Assembly: GCA_963810095.1 (NCBI GenBank)
Contig: CAWEMM010000012.1
Location: 1-64,000 of the forward strand
Direction of reading: 5' to 3'
Length of the DNA: 64,000 bases
DNA from: an uncultured Chloroflexia bacterium
GTDB lineage: Bacteria; Chloroflexota; Anaerolineae; CG2-30-64-16
The position numbers and the translations under genes were made by a program. Shown here piece by piece: positions 54,296 to 62,189 of this stretch. Numbering within the stretch: the first letter of the stretch is position 1; the number at the start of each line of letters is the position of its first letter. A model generated the notes under the pieces. The model saw nothing but the letters and a program-made list of their open reading frames with translations. It searched no databases and was not told where the DNA came from.

Positions 54296-55108
54296 GTGGA
54301 GATCATCCTCGTCGTCGCCGGCGGCGTCGTGCTGCTGGCCTTGATCGCCTGGCTAGGCATTTCGATACAACCCCGGTCGTTCGGTCCCTACCCGGAAGCG
54401 TCAAAGCAACCCCAAACCGTCCCGCTGCCTGCGGGCCTGCCGCCACCCGTCGAGCGCTTCTACCGCACGATCTACGGCGACCACATCCCTGTGATCACGT
54501 CGGCGGTGGTCACGGGCCGGGCGGCGATGCGGCCCTTCGGCCCTCTCGCCCTTCCCGCACGCCTGCGCTTCATCCACGAGGCCGGCAAGGGCTACCGGCA
54601 CTACATCGAGATCACCTTGTTCGGTCTGCCGGTTATGAAGGTGAATGAGTGGTACCTGGACGGCCGTGGGCGCATGGAGCTGCCGTTTGGCACGGATGAG
54701 GGCCCCAAGACGGACCAAGGAGCCAATCTGGGGATGTGGTCAGAGTCCGTGTGGTTTCCTTCCATCTGGCTCACCGACCCGCGGGTGCGGTGGGTGCCGG
54801 TGGACGACGTCACCGCGTTGCTGGTCGTGCCGTTTGGCGAGGACGAAGAACATTATGTGGTTCGCTTCGACCCGGCGACCCACCTGACGATGTGGATGGA
54901 GTCGATGCGCTACCAGGGCCCAAAGAGCCCCGCGAAAATCCTGTGGCTCAACAAGTCGGTTCAGTGGAGCGATCGGGAGGGCAAGCCGTTCGCAAGCCGG
55001 GGTGCGGCGATCTGGATGGACAATGGTAAGCCCTGGGCTACCTTCACCGTGGAGGACGTCGTCTACAACGTCGACGTGTCCGCGGCCGTCCGCGCAAAGG
55101 GATTGTAG
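54296..55108 (+). CDS. Membrane-anchored DUF6544-like protein
   Basis: N-terminal TM; [25 protein letters not shown]. Confidence 0.65.
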   Translation: MEIILVVAGGVVLLALIAWLGISIQPRSFGPYPEASKQPQTVPLPAGLPPPVERFYRTIYGDHIPVITSAVVTGRAAMRPFGPLALPARLRFIHEAGKGYRHYIEITLFGLPVMKVNEWYLDGRGRMELPFGTDEGPKTDQGANLGMWSESVWFPSIWLTDPRVRWVPVDDVTALLVVPFGEDEEHYVVRFDPATHLTMWMESMRYQGPKSPAKILWLNKSVQWSDREGKPFASRGAAIWMDNGKPWATFTVEDVVYNVDVSAAVRAKGL

Positions 55109-55195
55109 GGCCCGCCGTGACATAGACGAGCCGCCCGCGAGCCCCGCTGCTGCGCCAAGCCGGCGAGCGGTGTCGCGGCACGAAGGCTCGGCGGA

Positions 55196-55750
55196 CTAAC
55201 CGGCGCGGGTGTACGTCAGGAACACCGCGCCGGAGGGCAGCGCCCGGGCTTCTGCGAGGGCCAACTGCGCGTGCGCGGCCAGGCCGCTGAAGAGCGGCGT
55301 CCCTGCCCCAAGCACGACCGGGTTGAGCATCATCTGGAACTCGTCGATGAGCCCCGCGTCGACGAGGCTCGTGCAGAGGGTATTGCTGCCAAAGATGGCG
55401 ATAGCGCCGCCCGGGCCCTCCTTCAGCTTCCGGACCTGGCCCACCACATCCCCGGTCAAGACGCTTACGTTGCGCCAGCCGGGCTCAAAGTCCGAATGGC
55501 TCGCGACCAGCTTCTGCTTCTCGCCCATGAACCGGGCGGTCTCCGGAGCCATCTCCGCGGCCTCCGGGCTCGGCCAGAAGCTGCTCATCATCTCGTAGGT
55601 GCGCCGGCCGAACAGGATCGTCTCGACCTGCGGACCCTGCTCCCGTGCGAACGGCTCTGAGTCTGCGCCATGCGCCCACGAGATGTCGTGCCCCGGGGCC
55701 TCCACGCAGCCGTCCAGGCTGATGTTCATGAATACGAAGAGCTTCCTCAC
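55196..55750 (-). CDS. Dihydrofolate reductase / RibD C-terminal family protein
   Basis: ISLDG, FGRRTYE, GSNTL, LIDE, PVVLGAGTPLF. Confidence 0.9.
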   Translation of the reverse strand: MRKLFVFMNISLDGCVEAPGHDISWAHGADSEPFAREQGPQVETILFGRRTYEMMSSFWPSPEAAEMAPETARFMGEKQKLVASHSDFEPGWRNVSVLTGDVVGQVRKLKEGPGGAIAIFGSNTLCTSLVDAGLIDEFQMMLNPVVLGAGTPLFSGLAAHAQLALAEARALPSGAVFLTYTRAG

Positions 55751-56157
55751 GCTCGTACCTCTTTCGGGCAAAGGAGGCGACTTCGCTCACCCTTAAATGA
55801 CGGCGCGCCTGCGCCGGCTGACGTGCCGAAGCACGCACACCGTCGCCGGCGCTCCCCGGCATGATCGACCGGCGCAGTTACCTGGCGCGGCTGCCCATCT
55901 CGTTAAACCACCGGCGGAACATAGGCACCGAGCCTGCGACGGCAGCGATCACCACGAGCAGGACGAGCAAAGCAATCGAAAAGACGGCCCGCTGATAAGC
56001 GGGTGCGGGTGGCGGTAGGGTCATGGTACAACCTCACGAAGCGAGTGTGAACGGCTAGTCGATTTCCAGAGATCCACGCTGAAAATAGCACAAAACGCAC
56101 CTGCGGGCAAGTCTCCGCCTCGTGCGGACGGATCGGCGCCGGCGACTGAACTGATCC

Positions 56158-56257
56158 GAAATGGGACGCTCATGCAACTGATTGAACTGATCCGCACTGT
56201 CCTTCGGGCACGAGATCGTGACAATCAGTCAGATCAGTCCAATCAGTGTCCCATTTC
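56158..56257. repeat. Intergenic long inverted repeat (REP/MITE-like)
   Basis: GAAATGGGAC/GTCCCATTTC (perfect) and ACTGATTGAACTGATC/GATCAGTCCAATCAGT (one mismatch). Confidence 0.7.
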
Positions 56258-56486
56258 ATCCCTCGTTGTTCGGCGCAGCGGGGTGAGTGTCTATTCGCAA
56301 AGTGGAAAGAACGCGCTGCGTACTACATGTGCAAGCGCACATCGCGAGCTGTCTCGGCGTAGCCCCTCGCACGGAGTTCCGGCGGGTTTCGGCTATACTG
56401 TTGCCCGTTACGGACGCTTGGACACCGAGGCGTCTGACGCAAGCAACGCCTGCCGGACGCCGGCGGGTAGCGACAAGGGGTTGGGC

Positions 56487-57362
56487 ATGGGTATTGTCGT
56501 TCTGGGCGACATTGCGGTCGACATCACCAGCTATTTGCGCACGCCACTGCTGCGCGGCAGCGACGCCCCGGCCGAGGTCCGGGTCATGCCCGGCGGCTCA
56601 GGAGCCAATGTTGCCGTGTGGCTGGCGCGCGCCGGGATCGAGGTCACGTTCCTGGGCCGGGTGGGCGACGATCCGTTCGGCCGTTGGCTGGCTGAAGACC
56701 TGGAGCACGAAGGCGTCCGCCCGGTCCTCGCCGTCGATCCGGCCCATGCAACGGCGGTGATCCAGGTGCTCGTCGAGCCGGGGGGCGAGCGCACCATGGT
56801 GCCCGACCGGGGCGCGAACGCGCACTGGGATGAGGGCGACGTGCCCGAGGAGCTTATCGCGCGCGCCGAGTTGCTCCACGTCGTCGGCTACGTCCTGCTC
56901 GATGCCGGCAGCCGCCATGGCGCCTTGCAGGCGATGGAGATTGCTCGGCGGCGCGGCGTGCCTATCAGCCTGGATCCAAGCTCCCACGGCCCGCTGACTC
57001 GGCTGGGCGGCGAGGCGTTCTGGTCGCTCGCCGGACACGTCGATCTGTTCCTGCCCAACCGGGGCGAGGCGGCGGCTTTGACCGGCTGTGCGGACCCCGA
57101 AGCGGCGCTCGTGGCGCTTAAGCCGCACGCAAGCCTGGTGGCCATTAAGTTGGACCGGGAGGGCTGCATCGCTGGCTCTGACGCGACGCCGGCCCACCGC
57201 CAGGCAGCACCGCAAATACCTTCTCCCAACGCGACCGGCGCAGGCGATGCATTCGACGCAGGGTTCCTGGCAGCCTGGCTCGGAGAGCACGACCTGGCCG
57301 CGGCCTGCCGCGCAGGGGTGGAATTGGGGTCGCGCGCCGCGGGCCTGCCGACGACACGCTGA
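56487..57362 (+). CDS. PfkB-family carbohydrate kinase
   Basis: GGSGANVA, VGDDPFG, PNRGE, ATGAGDAF. Confidence 0.92.
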   Translation: MGIVVLGDIAVDITSYLRTPLLRGSDAPAEVRVMPGGSGANVAVWLARAGIEVTFLGRVGDDPFGRWLAEDLEHEGVRPVLAVDPAHATAVIQVLVEPGGERTMVPDRGANAHWDEGDVPEELIARAELLHVVGYVLLDAGSRHGALQAMEIARRRGVPISLDPSSHGPLTRLGGEAFWSLAGHVDLFLPNRGEAAALTGCADPEAALVALKPHASLVAIKLDREGCIAGSDATPAHRQAAPQIPSPNATGAGDAFDAGFLAAWLGEHDLAAACRAGVELGSRAAGLPTTR

Positions 57363-57421
57363 CGGATCACTGGACGGCGCAGTCTGCCCGTGGCTGCAAA
57401 GCAAGCTGCGGATCAAACATA

Positions 57422-57459
57422 AGGGACCCCGGAGGTTTGACAAATCCCCGAGGTCCCCT
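57422..57459. repeat. REP-like hairpin or bidirectional terminator between convergent genes
   Basis: gggacc-ccgg-aggtttg-a-caaatc-cccg-aggtccc imperfect palindrome. Confidence 0.45.
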
Positions 57460-57504
57460 GAAGCATGGAAGCTCGCCTGTGCACGGGCGTGTGTATCTCC
57501 GCTG

Positions 57505-58488
57505 CTATTCCGCCGGCACCCGCGGCGCGGTGAGCCTGGGCAGCACGGCCTCGATCTCCCGGCGCTGCACTTCGAGCCACGGAGGCAGAATCAGCTGCTC
57601 GCCCAGATGTGACTGGTCCTCATCCCGTGCAAAGCCGGGGCCATCGGTGGCCAGCTCGAAGAGCACGCCGCCCGGCTCGCGGAAATAGACGGAACGGAAC
57701 CAGAATCGATCGATCTGCGGCGTGGGCGAGAGGCCAACGGTCTCGATTGCCGCACGCAGGGTCATTTCCTCCTCGTCGTCGCGCACCCGCCATGCGACGT
57801 GATGCACGCCGCCCGTGCCCCACTGGCCCCGGCGCTCGCCCGGCATCGCCTTCAGCTCGACCAACCCGCCCGGCCCGCCGGCCCGACCGCTGCCCGCGTC
57901 CACGCCAAAACGGCGCCAGCCGTCTTCCTCGCCAATGAACTGGAACCCCATGAGCCGCGTCAGCAGCGCCTCGGTCGCCGTCAGGTCCCGCTCCCACAAG
58001 CGCACCGAGTGCATCCCGCGCACCTGCTTGTCGACCGGTACGGGCCCATCTGCCCACGGCGCAAACGGCCGCTCACCGCTCGTCTCGACCAGCGCCAGCG
58101 GCAACCCGTGCGGATCGGCGAAAGGCAGGACGTTCTCGCTAAAACGGCGCTCTTCGGGCCGCACCTCGACGTCAGCCCGGGTCAGGCGGTCACGCCAGTA
58201 GGGCAGGCTGCCGGGGGGCGCAGCGAAAGTGACCTCGACCGTGAAGCCCACGCCGAGCCGGGCGGGCGCCATATCGGGCCAGGGGAAGAAAGTCAGATCG
58301 GTGCCGGGCGTACCCTTCTCGTCGGCGTAGAAGAGATGATAAGTGTTCGTCACGTCCTGGTTGACCGATTTCTTGACCAGGCGCAAGCCCAGCACGCCGA
58401 CGTAAAAGTCGAGGTTTTCCTGCGGGTCACCGGCGATCGCGGTGACGTGGTGTATGCCATGAACAGATGCGGCCATCAAAGTCTCCAC
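57505..58488 (-). CDS. Ring-cleaving dioxygenase / VOC family (MhqO-like)
   Basis: GIHHVTAI, YHLFY, DLTFFPW, VHHVAW, DRFWFRSVYFREPGGVLFELATDGPGF. Confidence 0.92.
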   Translation of the reverse strand: METLMAASVHGIHHVTAIAGDPQENLDFYVGVLGLRLVKKSVNQDVTNTYHLFYADEKGTPGTDLTFFPWPDMAPARLGVGFTVEVTFAAPPGSLPYWRDRLTRADVEVRPEERRFSENVLPFADPHGLPLALVETSGERPFAPWADGPVPVDKQVRGMHSVRLWERDLTATEALLTRLMGFQFIGEEDGWRRFGVDAGSGRAGGPGGLVELKAMPGERRGQWGTGGVHHVAWRVRDDEEEMTLRAAIETVGLSPTPQIDRFWFRSVYFREPGGVLFELATDGPGFARDEDQSHLGEQLILPPWLEVQRREIEAVLPRLTAPRVPAE

Positions 58489-58590
58489 ATTCCAAATATA
58501 AACTCAGGTTATGTGAAGACATTGTCGCGCACCCGTGGGATGCGGGGTGTAACAAGAGATACACTTACTGCGGCACGAGCGGCTGGCTCT

Positions 58591-59974
58591 CTACCCTGCC
58601 CACAAATTGTAGGTGTACAGCGCAGCCAGCACGCCCATCAGCAGCACCGACGCGATCGTCCAGGCCCGGTCGAACGCAGGGCTGCGTCCCCATCTTGCCA
58701 GGGCCAGGAAGACGGCGGGCGCGCCGAGGATGTAGCGGTGCATGCCCTGGGCCGCGCCGCTGGTGAACGAGAGAAAGACCACCAAAAGGCTGAACCAAGC
58801 CACGTCGGGGTGCGTGCGCTGAACGGCAAAGAACGCGGCGAAGCCGAGCACTGCGCCCGCCATCTCGACGAGGTAGTACGCCGCCGCCTGCGGGTTGCCG
58901 CTGGTCGCACGCTGGATGGCGTTGCTCCACGCCGCGTAGGTCGAGCCGAACGCGAGCGCACCGCGGCCGAAATAGTGCTCTTCCACGAAGCTGAAGCCGC
59001 TGCCGAAGGCGCGAAAACTGCCAGGCCGCAAAGGCCAACAAGGGTGCAAAGGCGATCAGGCCGCGGACGAGCGGGCGCCACGGCACGCCGCTGCTCCACA
59101 GCTGCCGCCATTCCAGGTCCAGCTGCATCCAGTCCCCTTCGCGCGCCCACGCCATCACCATCGGCACGACGAGCGCGACCCCGATGGCTCGCGTCCACGT
59201 CGCGCAGACGGCGAGCAGCGCAGCCCGTGCGAACTGCGTCCGCCTGAGCAACGCAAGGCAGCCGAACGCGAGGCCCACAAAGAGGCCCTCGGTGTAGACC
59301 TGGGCCAGCCAGAAGCCGGTGGGGAACGCGACGAGGTAGAAGGCAGAGCGCAGGCCCTCCGAGTCGAGGCCGGCACGGTCTTCGAGCATGCTCGTTCCAC
59401 TCACGATGCTTGTCGCCCCCGTCTCGGCCCTCATCTTGCCGGCGCTCTCACGCCGGGCAAGGTCGTACAGCGCCAACATGCCCCCAAGCGCCCCCAGCGC
59501 GGAGACCAGCACGCCGGCCAGCGTCGCCGTCGCGATGGGGTTCAGCCCGAACACCCGCAGCGGAAAGGCGACGAGGCGGGTCACGAACGGGTAAAAGGGC
59601 ATGAACGCGTAGCTAAGCGTGAACTTGCGTGCGCCTTCGCCCACCGACCGGATGGCCGGGTCGTCGTACCCCTTCGTGGCGATCGAGAGATAAAACTCCG
59701 AATCCCAGGCAACCTGCGCATTCATGAAGGGCTCGAGCAGCGTCGGCTTGCCCTTCTGGCTGTCCTTGAGCGTCTCCTTGGCCGTCCACATCACCGAGTC
59801 GTCGGGCCGCTCGGGCTGGAGCCGGGCGGCCACGTAAGCCTGGTAGCCGACGACGATCAGCAGCCACGCCAGCCAGAGTGCGAATATGACGCGCACCCAG
59901 TAGGCGATGGGCAGCCGCTTCCCCAGGACGCGGGCTTTCTCGGAGAACCCCGGTTTCTGAACCCCCACGCTCAT
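58591..59974 (-). CDS. GT-C integral membrane glycosyltransferase (PIG-V/mannosyltransferase-like; indel near 59010)
   Basis: WDSEFYLSIATKGY, AFMPFYP, YTEGLF, TRAIG, RY near the C-terminus. Confidence 0.75.
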
Positions 59975-61035
59975 CGCCGCCTCCTTTCAGACCCGGTCAC
60001 AAGGACATCGTGCATGAAAAGCCGCTGTGCGATGAACAACACGACGACCGGCACGGACATCGCGAGCAGTGCGCTCACCTGCAGCATGTTCGGCGGTGGG
60101 AAGAACTGCTGGTAATTCTGGATCGAGTTCGCCACCGTGTACAGCTCCGAGCGTCCGGGCAGGTACAGCGACTGCAAACGCGTTTCGTTCCACGCGTAGA
60201 AGAACTGCAGGACGCCGACGGTCACCAGGACAGGGATGCTCTGCGGCAGGATGATCGAAAACAGGGTGCGCAGCGGGCCTGCCCCGTCCAGTTCGGCAGC
60301 CTCGTCGACCTCCCGCGGGATGCTGCGGAAGTTCTGGCGTAGCAGAAAGATGAGCAGTGCATTGCCAAACAACTGCGGCACGAGCAGCGGCAGCCATGTC
60401 CCGCTCCAACCCAGCACCCGCACGAACAGGAAATACGTCGGCACGAGCGTAATCTTCTCCGGGATGATCATCGTGGCGACCAGCAGGATGAAGAGGACGT
60501 TCTCGCCCGGGATCGGATAGCGGGCCATGCCGTAAGCCACGAGAATCGACGAGAGCAACACGGCGATCTCGCCCAGGATGGCAACGACAAACGTGTTGCG
60601 CAGCGCCCGCGGGAAATCGGCCACTTGCCAGATGTGCCTGAAGTTGTCCCAGGCGACGTGCGTCTCGTATACCTTGGTCAGCGTGCGCCAGCGCCCTTGC
60701 CACTTGATCAGCCCGGCCTCGGGGTGGGCAGGGTCGACGAAATCGGAATCGTTGCGCCGGGTGTTGACGAGCGCGAGCTCCCGCTCGCCTTCAGCGGTCG
60801 GCACCTTGTAGACGTCGTAGGTTTTGCCCTGCCACTCGAATTGCACCGTGCGTGCGGGGAGCAGAGGTGACTTGGCATCGAGAAACTGCCCGTCTTCTTT
60901 CAGCGCGGTGATGACCATGTAGCTCATGGGGAACAGGTAGAGCAGCAGGCCGCCCCACACGAGCAGGTTCAGCAGAAGCGTGCCCGAGCGGTCCCAGGCG
61001 CGTAAGCCGCGGCGGCGATTGCGTTCGGAGCTCAT
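59971..61035 (-). CDS. Carbohydrate ABC permease (MalG-like)
   Basis: AYGMARY, IFLLRQNF...EAAELDGA, WNE. Confidence 0.92.
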   Translation of the reverse strand: MSSERNRRRGLRAWDRSGTLLLNLLVWGGLLLYLFPMSYMVITALKEDGQFLDAKSPLLPARTVQFEWQGKTYDVYKVPTAEGERELALVNTRRNDSDFVDPAHPEAGLIKWQGRWRTLTKVYETHVAWDNFRHIWQVADFPRALRNTFVVAILGEIAVLLSSILVAYGMARYPIPGENVLFILLVATMIIPEKITLVPTYFLFVRVLGWSGTWLPLLVPQLFGNALLIFLLRQNFRSIPREVDEAAELDGAGPLRTLFSIILPQSIPVLVTVGVLQFFYAWNETRLQSLYLPGRSELYTVANSIQNYQQFFPPPNMLQVSALLAMSVPVVVLFIAQRLFMHDVLVTGSERRRR

Positions 61036-61037
61036 GT

Positions 61038-61985
61038 TTAGCTGGCCTCCCCGTCGGCGTAGAACACCCACGATCGCGCCCAGCGGAAGAGCAGCACCGT
61101 CACGACCAACATGACGATAAAGAACACCCAGGCCAGGCTGGACGCGTAGCCCAACTCATAGCGCCGGAACATGGTCTGGTAGATGTAGCCGTCGAAGGGC
61201 GATGCGCTGCCGGAAAACGGGTTGCCGCGATCGAGCAGCGCCACCCCACCGAACACCGCGATCAGGTTGATGACGATGCTGAACAGAATCGCGGGCGAGA
61301 TGAGCGGCAGCGTGATAGAGATGAAGCGCATGGCGGGGCCGGCGCCGTCCACCCGCGCCGCCTCGTACAGCTCGCGCGGGACGCCCTGCATTGCGCCGAG
61401 CATGATCAGCATGCCCGGTCCGATGCTCCACAGGCCAAGCATCATCTGCAGCAGGTTGTAGCCGGCCTCGCTGAACGGGCCGGCGTAGGGTGCGAGACCC
61501 AGCGGCTGCAGCACGAGGCGGTTGAGCCAGCCCGCGTTCGGGTCGAGGAAGCCCATCCACATGAACAGGATGGCAGTGGCGGGAATGATGCTGGGCAGGA
61601 AATACAGCGTGCGCGCCCACAGCTTGCCCATCAGCCGCTCGTGGTTCAACAACGTGGAGAGGCCAAGCGCCACCACAAGTTGCGCCGGGACGGCCTGCAG
61701 CGCGAGCCCGGCCGTGGCGAAGAAGGTCGCGGCCGCAGCCTCGTCGCGAAACAGGCGTCCGTAGTTCGCCAGCCCCACGAATTGCGTCTTCTCGGGCGAA
61801 AGCATGTAGAAGTTCGTGACCGAGAAGGCCAGGGCGGCGAGGATCGGCGCGAGCTTCAGGAGCACGAAACCGATGACCCAAGGCGCCACCAGGAGCAGCC
61901 CGATGACGGTGCGCCGCTGGCGTCGGGTAAGCCGCGGCCGGCTGCGGGCAGCGGTCTGGGCCGAGACGGGCGGGGAATAGTCCAC
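61038..61985 (-). CDS. Carbohydrate ABC permease (MalF-like)
   Basis: FVGLANY, RTLYFLPS, ELYEAARVDGA, GYASSLAW. Confidence 0.92.
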   Translation of the reverse strand: MDYSPPVSAQTAARSRPRLTRRQRRTVIGLLLVAPWVIGFVLLKLAPILAALAFSVTNFYMLSPEKTQFVGLANYGRLFRDEAAAATFFATAGLALQAVPAQLVVALGLSTLLNHERLMGKLWARTLYFLPSIIPATAILFMWMGFLDPNAGWLNRLVLQPLGLAPYAGPFSEAGYNLLQMMLGLWSIGPGMLIMLGAMQGVPRELYEAARVDGAGPAMRFISITLPLISPAILFSIVINLIAVFGGVALLDRGNPFSGSASPFDGYIYQTMFRRYELGYASSLAWVFFIVMLVVTVLLFRWARSWVFYADGEAS

Positions 61986-62085
61986 TTGGCACCTCGCAAG
62001 GGGCACGTGCCACAGAAGCGGCGAGTGCCGCCGTTCATTCTGATGGGATTACGCACCGCGACCTGCAGCGTTGCAGACAAACCCC

Positions 62086-62125
62086 TTGACGCCCCGCAAG
62101 CAGGGTGCGATAATCGTACAAATGC
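62086..62125 (+). promoter_or_regulatory. Promoter TTGACG-17-GATAAT with palindrome, near copy of 43546..43585
   Basis: ttgacgccccgcaagcagggtgcgataatcgtacaaatgc. Confidence 0.7.
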
Positions 62126-62189
62126 TACTCGCCCTTCAACGCCGCCGCATCGAGTCGAGTGTTGTCAAGCCGGACGCAGGAGGACCTTG

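Noticed and set aside
56140-56180. c-di-GMP-I riboswitch (gaaa...gggacgc)
   Set aside because: Lacks the GGCAAAC and GCAAAGC elements, and the sequence is explained by the inverted repeat.
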